A stretch of DNA of 64,000 nt from a candidate division FCPU426 bacterium (GCA_963719085.1 CAVRAL010000004.1:768001-832000); one strand, 5' to 3'; numbered from the stretch's first letter, positions 30,355-40,953 are shown. Numbers and translations: made by a program. Notes: generated from the letters alone by a model not told the origin.

Positions 30355-32921
30355 TGGAAACCAACAAGACCCGCGCCCGGCTTATCCAATTTATCGGCAC
30401 CTTTATCAGCCTGGTGGTTTTTTATCTGGCGCTTTGGGTGCTTCATAAAGAAGTTCATACCAGCAACTTCCACGAAGTCTTTCTTTATTTAAAAGGCATC
30501 CCGCTTCAGCACTTTTGGGCGGCCGCGGGTTTCTCCGCGCTCAGCTACCTGGCTCTCACGGGTTATGACCGCCTGGGGCTTTGGCATAGCGGCCATTTCA
30601 TCCCCTACCGCCGGTCCGCGTTGGCCTCTTTCATCAGCTACAGCTTGAGCCACAATATCGGCATGTCGCCTTTGACGGGCGGCGGGGTGCGTTTCCGTTT
30701 TTATTCCCGTTGGGGTTTGACCGGCAATGAAATCCTCAATTTGCTTCTGATCTGCGGCTCCACCTATTGGGTGGGATCGCTCACCATGGGCGCGTTTTTT
30801 TTCTTTTTGGATCCGCCCGACCTGCCCACGTCGATCAGCCTGCCCTTCTCGTCGGTTTTCGTCATCGGGGTCTTGTGTCTTAGTTTGGGAACCCTTTATC
30901 TTTTGGCCGCCGTCTTTTTGCGCAAGCCCCTGTCCATCGGCAAGTGGAAAATTCCCATGCCGTCCGTGCAGGTGGTTTTGGCGCAAATGGCCATCGGTTC
31001 ATTGGATTGGTGCTGCTCAGGCGCCACCCTTTATATGCTGCTGCCCGCCTCCAGCCTTTCTTATACCTCTTTCATTTCCATTTACCTTTTAGCCCAAGTC
31101 GTCAGCACCGTCAGCCAAGTGCCGGGCGGCCTTGGTATTTTAGAAACGACCTTCGTGGTGCTTTTGTCGCCGGCCTTGCCGGCCCCCTCGGTTTTGGGGG
31201 CAGTGGTGGCGTTTCGGCTCGTTTACTTTTTTATTCCCTTCATCCTGGGGCTCTCGGCTTTTAGCGCCTATGAGGTGACGCACAACAAGGAGGGGTTCAA
31301 GCGGGCCCTGCAAATTTTCAACCGTTGGATGCCCGACTTGGCGCCGCACGCTTTCGCCGGTTTTACTTTTTTCGCGGGAGCCCTTATTTTATTCTTCAAC
31401 GCGACCCCGGAAGCCAGCCGCCGCATCCTATGGTTGAATGAGTATATTCCGCTGGGATTATTGGAAGGCTCGCATTTCACCGTGGGGGTTTTGGGCGCGC
31501 TGCTTTTATTATTGGCCCGGGGGCTACAGCAGCGCCTCGACATCGCCTACAGTTTCACTTTGGTGTGTTTAGGGCTCGGTGCCTTGGCCTCTTTTTTCAA
31601 GGGTTTTGATTACGGCCAAGCCTTTTTACTGCTGATTTTATTTGGCGTGCTTTTGCCCTGCCGCCGTTATTTCCCGAAAAAGTCCTCGCTCTTTTACCAG
31701 CGCTACCCGCCGGTTTGGGTCACGGCCATCCTATTCGTTTGGCTCGGGTCCATTTGGGTGGGGGTTTTTAATTACCGCTACGAGGATTATTCCGGCGACC
31801 TCTGGACCACGTTTGATTTGGTGGAGGACGCGGCGCGCTTCCTGCGATCGACCTTGGGCGCCACGGTCACCCTGGTGCTTTTCGCCATCATCGGGCTTTT
31901 GAGCCCGGATCAGCCCGAGACCCAGATCCCCAGCCCCATTGAGCTGGATAAAACCCAGCGGCTGGTCCGCTCCTCCTCCCGGACTTATCCCGCTCTGGCG
32001 CTTTTGGATGACAAGGCCCTGCTGCTGAATAAAAAAGGGGACGCCTTTCTCATGTACAGCATCGAGGGTAAAAGCTGGGTTTGCTTGGGGGATCCGGTGG
32101 GAAGTCCCCGGGACCAGGAAGAGCTTTCCCAAAAATTTATTTCCCTGTGCCGCCGCCAAAAAGCCTGGCCGGTTTTTTACCAGGTGGATCAGGATCATTT
32201 ACAGCCCTATTTGGACCAAGGGCTGACGGTTTTAAAGATCGGCGAAGAAGCCTTGGTGCCCTTGGCCGATTTCCAATGGGAAAAGATCGCCTCCAGCGAG
32301 TTAAAGGCCTCCTATCAAAGGTTTCAAAACAAGGATGAGTTTGATTTTGAGGTTTTGCCGGCGGGGGCGGCGGGTCCCCTTCTGCCCGAACTCAAACGCG
32401 TCTCGGAAGAATGGCTCAGCAAAAATAAAACCCGGGAACGGGGTTTTTCCACGGGCTTTTTCGACGAGGATTATCTCAAGCGCCTGCCCCTGGTCATCGT
32501 GCGGCGCGAAGGCAAGCTTTCGGCTTTCGCCGTGCTTTGGGAATCCCATGGCAAGGCGGAGATGGCCGTCGACCTGCTTCGCTCCAGCGCGGATGCCGGG
32601 GCGGCTTTGGAGGATTGCCTGATCATTGAGTGCATGCGCTATGGCCAGTACAAGGGCTTTCAATGGTTCAGCTTCGGCGTGGCGCCGATGTTGAATATGG
32701 AGGACGGTCCGCTGTCGACCTTCAAAGAAAAATTGGCCCGCTTGTTTTCCCCTTATGCCGATGGGGAAAAGCTGACGGGCGTAAGGGCCGAGATGGAAAA
32801 ATTCACTCCCGAATGGCGGCCCAAATACCTGGCCGCGCCGGGGGAGCTGCCCGTCGGGGTGGTTTTGAGCACGGTGGAATCGCTTCAATCCCGCGGCATG
32901 CGGACGGTGTTTGAGGCGTGA
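30354..32921 (+). CDS. mprF: Bifunctional lysylphosphatidylglycerol flippase/synthetase
   Basis: Large multi-TM N-terminal region (ALTGYD, VPGGLG) plus DUF2156-type domain (LGDPVG, KIGEEA, RERGFSTG, KFTPEWRPKYLA). Confidence 0.9.
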   Translation: METNKTRARLIQFIGTFISLVVFYLALWVLHKEVHTSNFHEVFLYLKGIPLQHFWAAAGFSALSYLALTGYDRLGLWHSGHFIPYRRSALASFISYSLSHNIGMSPLTGGGVRFRFYSRWGLTGNEILNLLLICGSTYWVGSLTMGAFFFFLDPPDLPTSISLPFSSVFVIGVLCLSLGTLYLLAAVFLRKPLSIGKWKIPMPSVQVVLAQMAIGSLDWCCSGATLYMLLPASSLSYTSFISIYLLAQVVSTVSQVPGGLGILETTFVVLLSPALPAPSVLGAVVAFRLVYFFIPFILGLSAFSAYEVTHNKEGFKRALQIFNRWMPDLAPHAFAGFTFFAGALILFFNATPEASRRILWLNEYIPLGLLEGSHFTVGVLGALLLLLARGLQQRLDIAYSFTLVCLGLGALASFFKGFDYGQAFLLLILFGVLLPCRRYFPKKSSLFYQRYPPVWVTAILFVWLGSIWVGVFNYRYEDYSGDLWTTFDLVEDAARFLRSTLGATVTLVLFAIIGLLSPDQPETQIPSPIELDKTQRLVRSSSRTYPALALLDDKALLLNKKGDAFLMYSIEGKSWVCLGDPVGSPRDQEELSQKFISLCRRQKAWPVFYQVDQDHLQPYLDQGLTVLKIGEEALVPLADFQWEKIASSELKASYQRFQNKDEFDFEVLPAGAAGPLLPELKRVSEEWLSKNKTRERGFSTGFFDEDYLKRLPLVIVRREGKLSAFAVLWESHGKAEMAVDLLRSSADAGAALEDCLIIECMRYGQYKGFQWFSFGVAPMLNMEDGPLSTFKEKLARLFSPYADGEKLTGVRAEMEKFTPEWRPKYLAAPGELPVGVVLSTVESLQSRGMRTVFEA

Positions 32922-33559
32922 GGACCCGGTTTTTCCCCGGATTTTTTTTGGCGGGAGCCGCCCTTTTATTCCAATCCGGATGCGCGCCCATCGGCTGGTC
33001 CGGACCCCGTCCGGGATCGGAAACCAGCTATGATTCGGGTTCTTACTCGGGCGCCGTCCAGGCCTCCGCGCAGGACGCCATCCGGACGGCGGAAGATATC
33101 CTTCAACACCAGCCCAACCGGGAGATGGACTGCTCCCACTTTGTGCTGGCCTGTTATCATTCGGGCCGCATGGCGGCTTTTTTTCACCGGCAAAAACCGG
33201 GGGAGAACCTGACCTATTATTTGAACAAGTATCTGACTGAGGGAAAGACCCGCCGGGCCAAAGCCGCCGATATCCAGCCCGGTGACATTCTTATTTTCAA
33301 TAAAACCTATGACCTCAATCACGACGGACGCATCGATGACAACGATGTCTACACCCACGCGGGAATTGTTGAGAGTTTCCAGGATTGGGTGGTGACTTAT
33401 CTAGACGCTTCCCTCGGAAGACACCCGATCGTTCAGCGGCGGCGGTTTAGTTTTTACGGCGATAAATATAATGAGACGGTGGCCAGGGATCCGGCCACGG
33501 GAACCAAGATCCACGCTCGGGACACCTTTTACGCCGCCTATGCGGTTCCGGCGAACTGA
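32918..33559 (+). CDS. Lipoprotein with CHAP/NlpC-P60-like domain
   Basis: Lipobox QSGC; DCSHFV, PGDILIF, THAGIVE. Confidence 0.7.
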   Translation: MRTRFFPGFFLAGAALLFQSGCAPIGWSGPRPGSETSYDSGSYSGAVQASAQDAIRTAEDILQHQPNREMDCSHFVLACYHSGRMAAFFHRQKPGENLTYYLNKYLTEGKTRRAKAADIQPGDILIFNKTYDLNHDGRIDDNDVYTHAGIVESFQDWVVTYLDASLGRHPIVQRRRFSFYGDKYNETVARDPATGTKIHARDTFYAAYAVPAN

Positions 33560-33573
33560 AGCTGAAACGACGT

Positions 33574-33882
33574 AATTAGCAATGATGTCCCGGGTTTCCT
33601 TATCGAAGTCAAAGATACTCGGGACAATGTCGCTTTCCCCTACCTACTATATGGAGAAGCGACGCGCACGCAGATAAAGAATAAATTTAAAATTCGAGAA
33701 GTGTGTTTTTGACAAAATAGGCGAAAACCAGGTTTTCGGAATGGTTCTAATGATGGATGAAATCCGATGCTTAAAACAAAAAATCGGTCTCTATCAGCTG
33801 TTATCAATGTTGCAATAGAGTTTGCTGTGAGAAGTAAATGATTTAGTAAGATTTTATCGGCGTCCATCCGCGTCCATTATTG
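33574..33882. repeat. Intergenic inverted-repeat element type A (CAATGAT + ACGCNGAT 9-mers) with nested 66-bp insertion and long AT-rich core
   Basis: AATTAGCAATGATG[ins]GAGAAGCGACGCGCACGCAGAT ... TTATCGGCGTCCATCCGCGTCCATTATTG. Confidence 0.75.
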
Positions 33883-33900
33883 TTCCAAAAGAGGTTCTGA

Positions 33901-34368
33901 ATGTTTCATGTGGTTTTAATTGAACCGGAGATTCCCTGGAATACGGGCAATGTGGGGCGTACCTGCCTAGCCGCTGGGGCGGAATTGCATCTAGTCGGGC
34001 CGCTGGGTTTTTTTCTGGACCAGGCCGAGGTCAAACGGGCCGGGCTGGATTATTGGGAAAAGGTGAAATTGCACCGACACGCCACTTGGGAAAAATTCCT
34101 GGAAAGCCTGCCCGAGGGCGCTCCGCTTTTTTTCTTTTCCACCAAGGGCCAAAAGACATTGTGGGACGCCGTTTTTCCGCCGGAGTCCTATCTTATTTTC
34201 GGCAAAGAAACCGCCGGGTTTCCCAAGGAATTTTATGAAAAGTATAAAGAGCGGTTGTATCGTATCCCTCAAGAAGAGGACAGCGTGCGGAGCCTAAACC
34301 TGTCCACCTCGGCGGGCATCGCCCTGTTCGAGGCCTTACGGCAGACTCAAACCAGGAGGCAATCATGA
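33901..34368 (+). CDS. trmL: tRNA (cytidine/uridine-34-2'-O)-methyltransferase
   Basis: VVLIEPEIPWNTGNVGRTC, KRAGLDYW, FGKETAGFP, RSLNLS. Confidence 0.93.
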   Translation: MFHVVLIEPEIPWNTGNVGRTCLAAGAELHLVGPLGFFLDQAEVKRAGLDYWEKVKLHRHATWEKFLESLPEGAPLFFFSTKGQKTLWDAVFPPESYLIFGKETAGFPKEFYEKYKERLYRIPQEEDSVRSLNLSTSAGIALFEALRQTQTRRQS

Positions 34369-34715
34369 CGAAAGCGGGATTTATCACCAGGTTCGTGGCG
34401 ATCTTTATCGATGGGATACTGTTTTGGGCCATTGGCTGGGCTATTCATTTCCCCCTTTTTGGTTTATTAGGAATTGTCTATGAGACCATTTTGATCGCCC
34501 AATGGAACGGCCAAACCATCGGAAAAAAAATTATGGGAATCAAAGTGGTGACCACCTCGGGCGGTTCCCTGGACGGATTAAGATCTTTTATCCGGTCTGT
34601 CAGCAAGATATTGTCTTTTCTGCCCTTGGACTTGGGGTTCTTATGGGCCCTTTGGGACAGTGAAAACCAAACCTGGCACGACAAAATCGCCGAAACTTAC
34701 GTGGTGAAAGCTTAA
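34365..34715 (+). CDS. RDD family membrane protein
   Basis: [40 protein letters not shown]. Confidence 0.9.
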   Translation: MTKAGFITRFVAIFIDGILFWAIGWAIHFPLFGLLGIVYETILIAQWNGQTIGKKIMGIKVVTTSGGSLDGLRSFIRSVSKILSFLPLDLGFLWALWDSENQTWHDKIAETYVVKA

Positions 34716-34834
34716 GGGTTAATTCCAGGCGGACCTTTCAGTGTTTGCCTGGAAATGATCCGCCCATTGATTCCGGCCCCCACTTCGGGCAATCTGTCGC
34801 CTTCTATTTCCATTTCCTTTCAGGAAGGTCCGTC

Positions 34835-36910
34835 TTGAGTCAGTCCGCCGAGAACCCCCAACACACCAATCGTTTGATCCATGAGAAAAGCCCCTACCTG
34901 CTCCAACATGCCCACAATCCGGTGGATTGGTATCCTTGGGGCGAGGAGGCTTTTGAGAAGGCCCGCCAAGAAAACAAACCGGTTTTTATTTCCATCGGCT
35001 ATTCCACCTGCCATTGGTGCCACGTGATGGAACGGGAAAGTTTTGAGAATGAGGCCATCGCCAAACGGCTCAACGATGATTTCGTCTGTATCAAGGTGGA
35101 TCGGGAAGAGCGCCCGGACGTCGACCAGATTTATATGAACGCGGTCATGCTTTTGGCGGGCCAGGGAGGCTGGCCCCTCAATATGTTTCTCACCCCCGGC
35201 CTTAAGCCTTTTTATGGTGGAACCTATTTCGCGCCCGACAGCCGCTACGGCCGGCCGGGATTCCCGGCCGTGTTGGCGGATGTGGCCCGGCTTTGGAAAA
35301 CCCAGCCGGAAGAAGTGGAAAAGGCCGGCGCCCAATTGGCCGGGTTCATCGCCAAGGGAAACGCCGCCCCGCCCGCGGGGACCTTAAGCGAAACAACGCT
35401 TCAACAGGTGCGGCAGTACGCTCTGGCTTCCTTCGATTCCAAAGATGGGGGCTTTCGAAGCGCGCCTAAGTTTCCGCCTTCCATGTTGATTGGATTTTTG
35501 CTCCGGCTTTACGCCAAGACAAAAGACGAGACTTTGCTTCCGCTTGTTGCCACCACGCTCGACAAAATGGCCCAGGGCGGGATTTATGACCAGGTGGGCG
35601 GCGGGTTCGCCCGTTACTCCACCGACGATGAATGGCTGGTCCCGCATTTTGAGAAGATGCTTTACGACAACGCGCTTTTGTCGAAAGTTTACTTGGAAGC
35701 TTTCCAAGTCACCCAAAATCCCGAGTACGCCCGGATCGCGCGGGAAACCTTCACGTATCTTTTGCGGGACATGCGGGCGCCCGAGGGCGGCTTTTACAGC
35801 GCGGAGGACGCGGACAGCGAGGGGGAAGAAGGAAAGTTTTATGTTTGGACACCCGATGAAATTGAGCAGGTCTTAGGCCCGGAAGACGGCCGGCTTTTCA
35901 GCCAGCTCTACGATGTGACGCCCCACGGCAATTTTGAGGAAGGCAAAAGCATCCTGCGCCTCAAAAGCGACCTGCCCTATTCGCTCTCGGCTTTCGGCAA
36001 GGATGAGGCTTGGTGGAAGGGCGCCCAAGAAAAAATGCTTCAAGCCCGCGCCAAACGGATCCGGCCCCATCTGGACGATAAAATCCTCACGGCCTGGAAC
36101 AGCCTGCTGATTTCCTCGCTTTGCGCCGGCTATCAAATTTTAGGCGACGAGGTTTATTTGAAGGCGGCGGAAAAGGCCGCCAACTTCCTGACCAAAAACC
36201 TTTTCGAGAACGGAAGGTTGTTGGCGTCTTACCGTAAAGGACCCTCCAATATCCAAGCCTATATCGATGATTACGCTTTTTTCCAGGCCGCCTTGTTGGA
36301 CCTTTACGAAAGCACCTTTGAGGTTTCTTATCTCAAAAAGGCGCTGGTTCTGGAATCCGAAATGGTCCGTCTTTTCTGGGATGAGAAAGACGGGGCCTTC
36401 TTTTTTACCGGCGCCGATCAAAAGGACCGGGAGCGGCTCTTGGCCCGTTCCAAAGAAGCTTATGACGGCGTGATCCCCTCGGGCAATTCGGTGGCGGCGC
36501 TGAACTACTTCCGGCTGGCCGAATTCACGGGCAAAAAAGAAATGCGGGACCGCGCGGACGCCATTTTGAAATGCTTCTCGGGTCTTTTGACCCAGGGCGG
36601 CGCCAATTTCGCCCGCATGCTCCAGGCCTTTCAATTCGACTTTTATGGTCCCGCGGAGATTTTCGTGACCGGTCCCCCGGAGGCCTCCCGGGAAATGGTG
36701 AAGGCGATTTGGAAAGCCTTCCTGCCCAATAAGGTCCTGGTTTTCGCCGAGGAATCCCAATCGAAGGATTTGGCCACGGTCGCGCCCTGGGTCGAAGGCC
36801 GTGTGCCCCAAGGGGGAAAGCCCACCGCCTATATTTGCCGGAACTACACCTGCCAACTGCCCGTGACCGATAGCGTCAAGGCCCTGGAACACCTGAACTC
36901 CCTCGCCTAA
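34835..36910 (+). CDS. Thioredoxin-domain / six-hairpin glycosidase-like protein (YyaL/SSP411)
   Basis: [57 protein letters not shown]. Confidence 0.93.
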   Translation: MSQSAENPQHTNRLIHEKSPYLLQHAHNPVDWYPWGEEAFEKARQENKPVFISIGYSTCHWCHVMERESFENEAIAKRLNDDFVCIKVDREERPDVDQIYMNAVMLLAGQGGWPLNMFLTPGLKPFYGGTYFAPDSRYGRPGFPAVLADVARLWKTQPEEVEKAGAQLAGFIAKGNAAPPAGTLSETTLQQVRQYALASFDSKDGGFRSAPKFPPSMLIGFLLRLYAKTKDETLLPLVATTLDKMAQGGIYDQVGGGFARYSTDDEWLVPHFEKMLYDNALLSKVYLEAFQVTQNPEYARIARETFTYLLRDMRAPEGGFYSAEDADSEGEEGKFYVWTPDEIEQVLGPEDGRLFSQLYDVTPHGNFEEGKSILRLKSDLPYSLSAFGKDEAWWKGAQEKMLQARAKRIRPHLDDKILTAWNSLLISSLCAGYQILGDEVYLKAAEKAANFLTKNLFENGRLLASYRKGPSNIQAYIDDYAFFQAALLDLYESTFEVSYLKKALVLESEMVRLFWDEKDGAFFFTGADQKDRERLLARSKEAYDGVIPSGNSVAALNYFRLAEFTGKKEMRDRADAILKCFSGLLTQGGANFARMLQAFQFDFYGPAEIFVTGPPEASREMVKAIWKAFLPNKVLVFAEESQSKDLATVAPWVEGRVPQGGKPTAYICRNYTCQLPVTDSVKALEHLNSLA

Positions 36911-36944
36911 AAATCCAACCGGGGGTTAAAATAGCGGCGACTGG

Positions 36945-36976
36945 CCCGGCGAAGCGAAGATCGCAGCGAAGCCGGG
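36945..36976 (+). repeat. Solo REP-like hairpin with GAA/GAA internal loop
   Basis: CCCGGC-GAA-GC-gaagatcgca-GC-GAA-GCCGGG; same architecture as the hairpins at 29120-29285. Confidence 0.6.
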
Positions 36977-37004
36977 TGATCGGCAACATTTCGAGGAGGC
37001 CTTC

Positions 37005-37418
37005 ATGGGCATGCTTAAAGAATTCAAGGAGTTCGCCGTCAAAGGCAATATGGTGGACCTGGCGGTCGGGGTCGTCATCGGCGGCGCTTTCGGAAAAGTT
37101 GTTTCTTCCATCGTGTCGGACCTGCTGATGCCGCCCATTGGCTTTATCATTGGCGGGATTAATTTCGCCGACATCAAATGGACGCTGAAGGCGGCCTTGC
37201 CCGATCCCTTGACCGGGAAAACGCTGGCGAACTCAGTCACCATCAACATTGGAAATTTTATCCAATCCCTCGTGGATTTCAGCATCATCGCCCTCTCGGT
37301 TTTTTTATTGGTGAAGCTGCTCAACACGCTGCACCACAAAGAAGAAGCCGCGGCCGAGCCTAGCGACGAAGTGAAGCTGCTCACGGAGATCCGGGACTTG
37401 CTTAAGAATCAAAAGTAA
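37005..37418 (+). CDS. mscL: Large-conductance mechanosensitive channel
   Basis: [40 protein letters not shown]. Confidence 0.97.
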   Translation: MGMLKEFKEFAVKGNMVDLAVGVVIGGAFGKVVSSIVSDLLMPPIGFIIGGINFADIKWTLKAALPDPLTGKTLANSVTINIGNFIQSLVDFSIIALSVFLLVKLLNTLHHKEEAAAEPSDEVKLLTEIRDLLKNQK

Positions 37419-37420
37419 GA

Positions 37421-37562
37421 GAACTTCTAACAAAATTTCAAAGGCATTTGAACAATGATAAACGCAGATGAACGTGGAAAGAAAATGACCCGAATCTTTT
37501 GGTTTCTCAAAATCTGTGTTTATCTGCGTCCATCATTGTTAAATAGGATTTGTTAGGGATTT
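37421..37562. repeat. Type A inverted-repeat element (37451-37540) with outer termini; MITE-like
   Basis: AACAATGATAAACGCAGATGAACGTGG ... ATCTGTGTTTATCTGCGTCCATCATTGTT; outer ends GAACTTCTAACAAAA and ATTTGTTAGGGATTT. Confidence 0.8.
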
Positions 37563-37589
37563 AAAGTTTGTTGGGAAGGGAAATCAAAA

Positions 37590-38420
37590 TTGCCCACCTT
37601 TGACTTTTGCATTGAGAGTCCGGGCGGACGGGATGTTTGGGGAACCGCCACGGTGCCCCAAAAGCCCGCGGGGCCCGCGGTCTTGATGGCCCACGGGTTT
37701 TTAGGTTTTAAGGATTGGGCCTTTTTCCCCTGGCTGGCGGCGGCTTTCGCCCGGGAAGGTTTTCCGGTTTTGCGGTTTAATTTTTCCGGCTCCGGCATGG
37801 GCCCGGAAATCGACGGTCCCTTCAGCCAGCTGGAAGCCTTCGCGGCCGACACCATCTCCCGGCAGGTGCAGGATTTGCACGCGGTCATCGGCTCGGTCAC
37901 CGGGGAAAAGTTTAAAAAAGAGGGCCTGCGCTCGGACAAGGTTTTGCTTTGGGGCCATTCCCGCGGCGGCGCGGTTTGCCTGTTGGCCGCGGTCAACCGG
38001 CCGGAGGTCGCGGGCGTCTCGACCTGGGCTTCCATTTCAAGGGTGAACCGTTATTTTTACGAGGACAAAAAAACTTGGCGGGAAAAAGGTTTTTTCCCCG
38101 TGGAAAGTTCCCGTACCGGACAGACACTTAAAGTTTCCCCGGCCTTTTTGGAGGACGTGGAAAAATGGGGCAAGGCCGGGGATGTTCCCACGCATCTTCA
38201 TCATTTAAAGATTCCCGTTCTTCTCGTGCATGGCTCCGAGGACACCAGCGTGCCGCCGGAGGAATCCGAGAGCCTGGCGGCGCTTTATCCCCAGTCCCAT
38301 TTGGCCATCCTGGCCGGGGCCAACCACAAGTTCAACGCCAGCCATCCCTTCACCGAAGCCTCCCCGGTTTTGAAGGAAGCCGCCGAACGAACCGTGGAGT
38401 TTTACCGCGGCGTCAGCTAA
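37590..38420 (+). CDS. Alpha/beta hydrolase
   Basis: HGFLGFKDW, nucleophile motif GHSRGG, LVHGSEDTSVP, GANHKF. Confidence 0.9.
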   Translation: MPTFDFCIESPGGRDVWGTATVPQKPAGPAVLMAHGFLGFKDWAFFPWLAAAFAREGFPVLRFNFSGSGMGPEIDGPFSQLEAFAADTISRQVQDLHAVIGSVTGEKFKKEGLRSDKVLLWGHSRGGAVCLLAAVNRPEVAGVSTWASISRVNRYFYEDKKTWREKGFFPVESSRTGQTLKVSPAFLEDVEKWGKAGDVPTHLHHLKIPVLLVHGSEDTSVPPEESESLAALYPQSHLAILAGANHKFNASHPFTEASPVLKEAAERTVEFYRGVS

Positions 38421-38429
38421 GTTAAGGGC

Positions 38430-39092
38430 ATGAAAGCCCCGCGAACCCCGGCCCCGGTGACGTTTCAACTCAAACATTTCCCCGGTTTTTCGGCCCAAGA
38501 TCTCAAGCGCCTCCAACACTATTACGCCACCCAATTGAGCGATCAGTCCGCGCCGGAAAAACGCGTGGGTTGGCAGACCGCGCACGGCCAGCGGGTGCGG
38601 TTTGAGGCCTTGGCCTGCGTGGGGACGTTAAAGGGTGCCAAACTTTTGGATGTGGGATGCGGCTTGGGAGCCTTTTGGGGCTACCTGCGGGATCAAAAAT
38701 TGAGGGCCGATTACACGGGGGTTGATCTTTTTCCCAATGTCATCGCGGAAGCCCGCCGCCTTCATCCCGAGGCGGTTTTCGAGACCCGCAATATTGTGGC
38801 GCGGCCCTTCGCGGCCCGGCGGTTTGACTTCGCGTTTTTATCCGGCGTCTTCAACGTCAAGGTTCGTGACAACTGGAAATATATGAGGGCGCTCCTGAAA
38901 GCAGCCTTGCGGCAAACTAAAAAAGCCGTGGCCTTTAACGTGCTCAACGCGGAGGCGGATTTAAACGAGGCCGACCGTTTTTGCGTGGAGGCCAAGGCCT
39001 TAGCGGCCTTTGGCAGGCGTTTGGGCGCCTCTAAGGTGTGTTTGCTGGATCATTACCATCCGGTGGACCTGACCCTGTTCATTTATAAGTGA
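38430..39092 (+). CDS. Class I SAM-dependent methyltransferase
   Basis: LLDVGCGLG, YTGVDL, FDFAFLSGVFN. Confidence 0.85.
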   Translation: MKAPRTPAPVTFQLKHFPGFSAQDLKRLQHYYATQLSDQSAPEKRVGWQTAHGQRVRFEALACVGTLKGAKLLDVGCGLGAFWGYLRDQKLRADYTGVDLFPNVIAEARRLHPEAVFETRNIVARPFAARRFDFAFLSGVFNVKVRDNWKYMRALLKAALRQTKKAVAFNVLNAEADLNEADRFCVEAKALAAFGRRLGASKVCLLDHYHPVDLTLFIYK

Positions 39093-39161
39093 GCTTATTT
39101 TTGAAATGAAAAACAAAGTCCGGACTTTGGACTTTTTGAACATCCTGCTAAACTCTCTCCC

Positions 39162-39986
39162 ATGTCAGCGACCCCTCCCAAACACATTGTTTCGCTCGCG
39201 CCTTTCGTGTCTGAAATTCTGGCCCATCTGGGCGTGGTGGAGAATGTCACCACGGTCCGGGATTACCTGGAAGAAAAGCCCCCGGTTTCCGACTCCGCCC
39301 AACCCGAGCATTGGTTTTCCATGGCCTTGGCCCGGGTTTCGGACCTGAAGCCGGACCTGGTTTTCACCTATTCCCTGTCCCAACAGCTGCTCAGTAAAAA
39401 GCTCAAAGAGAAGGGTTTTAATGTGGTTCATTTGGACCCTTATCTTTTGAGGGAAGTGGAAGACGGCTTTACCCAGGTGGGAAAGGCCGCCGGCGCTCTG
39501 GACGCCTCGCGCAAAATGTCCCGGGAATTTGTCGCCGGGCTAGCCGCCCTCACCGAAAAAATCCCGCCGGGCGCTTACCGGCCTAAACTTTATTGCGAGG
39601 AATGGAACAAGCCCCAACAGGTTCCCGGACGCTGGTGGCCGGACCTGATGACCCAAGTCGGCGCCCATTATTTCCCCATCCTGCCCCGGGAAGTGAACCG
39701 GCAGGCCAAGATCGAGGAAATTATCCGGTTTGACCCGGATGTCATTATTTTTTCCGTTTACGGGACGGGATTGGAATTCAACCCGGATGAGGTCTTGAAG
39801 CGCATCGGCTGGGAAAAAATGATGGCTGTCCGTAAGCGGAAGGTTTATACGCTGGACGCCAAGCGTTTGAATTATCCTGGCCCCCGGTTAATTGACGGCG
39901 CCCAAGCCATTCAATCAGCCCTGGGGGAATCCTATTGGGGATGGCCCTTGGTGGACGCGGCCCATGTGCGCCGGGTGACTAATTAA
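39162..39986 (+). CDS. BtuF-like helical-backbone binding protein, no signal peptide
   Basis: IVSLAP..SEIL, LKPDLV, YCEEW, YPGPRLIDG. Confidence 0.8.
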   Translation: MSATPPKHIVSLAPFVSEILAHLGVVENVTTVRDYLEEKPPVSDSAQPEHWFSMALARVSDLKPDLVFTYSLSQQLLSKKLKEKGFNVVHLDPYLLREVEDGFTQVGKAAGALDASRKMSREFVAGLAALTEKIPPGAYRPKLYCEEWNKPQQVPGRWWPDLMTQVGAHYFPILPREVNRQAKIEEIIRFDPDVIIFSVYGTGLEFNPDEVLKRIGWEKMMAVRKRKVYTLDAKRLNYPGPRLIDGAQAIQSALGESYWGWPLVDAAHVRRVTN

Positions 39987-40000
39987 AAGCTATTTCTTTT

Positions 40001-40108
40001 GCAATGATGAACGCAGATAAACGCGGATGAAAAATGGGGGAATTCTATTTTAAATCTCGGCCTTTCTATCTGCGTTCATCTGCGTGCGCGTCGCTTCTCC
40101 ATCATTGC
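40001..40108. repeat. Type A inverted-repeat element with 14-nt insert in right arm
   Basis: GCAATGATGAACGCAGATAAACGCGGATGAA ... TATCTGCGTTCATCTGCGT[GCGCGTCGCTTCTC]CATCATTGC. Confidence 0.85.
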
Positions 40109-40143
40109 TAATTGCCTTTTAAATATTTCTTAAAGCGGCTGTT

Positions 40144-40953
40144 ATGTCCTCCTTTCCCCGACGAATCCTATCGCTGGCTCCCTCGAATACCGAAATTCTT
40201 TACGCGCTGGGGCTGGGCGACTCCATCGTGGGCGTCACCGAATATTGTCTTTATCCTCCGGAAGCCCAAAGCAAGACCCGGTTAAAGGGTTGGGTCTCCA
40301 TTCCGGTGGAAAAAATCCTGGCCTTGGAGCCGGATCTTGTCGTCACCAGCACGATTTGCCAGGACGCGCTCAAGCGAAAACTCGACGAAGCCAAAGTTCC
40401 ATTACTTCATTTGGACCCGCGCGACCTGAACGGCATCATCCAATCCTTTTTGAAATTAGGACAAGCCGCCGGGAAAGAGGCGGAAGCCAAGGCCTTGGCC
40501 CGAAAGTTTGAGCAAGAGCGAAAAGCCATTCAAGCGTCGGTTCCATCCGGCCATCCCCGGGTTTATTGCGAGGAATGGTCCAAACCACCCGCGGTTTCGG
40601 GGAACTGGGTTCCCGAGTTAGTGACCGCCGCGGGCGCCGAATATTTTCCCATTGAGCCGGGAACCTTAAGCCGGCCGGTTCGTTTGGAAGAGATTCAGGC
40701 CTTTGACCCTGAAATCGTTATTTTGTCCATTTGCGGCCAGGGTTTGGAACCCGATCCCGCTCAAATTCTCCAACGGGTGGGGTGGGAGCGGCTAAAGGCC
40801 GTCCAAGGAAAGTGGATTTTCGTTTTGGAGGATTCCTTACTGAATTGCCCGGGTCCGCGGGTTTTGGAAGGAGCCCGGCTCCTGCGGCAAATTTTGGAGG
40901 CTTTTCATCAAGGGGTGAAGCCGCCGAATTCGCCCTTCTTACGAAATCTTTGA
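40144..40953 (+). CDS. BtuF-like cobalamin-binding protein paralogue, no signal peptide
   Basis: RILSLAPSNTEILYALGLGDSIVGVTEYCLYP, EKILALEPDLV, YCEEW, CPGPRVLEG. Confidence 0.85.
   Translation: MSSFPRRILSLAPSNTEILYALGLGDSIVGVTEYCLYPPEAQSKTRLKGWVSIPVEKILALEPDLVVTSTICQDALKRKLDEAKVPLLHLDPRDLNGIIQSFLKLGQAAGKEAEAKALARKFEQERKAIQASVPSGHPRVYCEEWSKPPAVSGNWVPELVTAAGAEYFPIEPGTLSRPVRLEEIQAFDPEIVILSICGQGLEPDPAQILQRVGWERLKAVQGKWIFVLEDSLLNCPGPRVLEGARLLRQILEAFHQGVKPPNSPFLRNL

Noticed and set aside
33767..33841. Short frame MLKTKNRSLSAVINVAIEFAVRSK in the core of a type A element, as a GxxExxY gene remnant
   Set aside because: Resemblance is too weak, only 24 codons, and the GxxExxY motif is absent.
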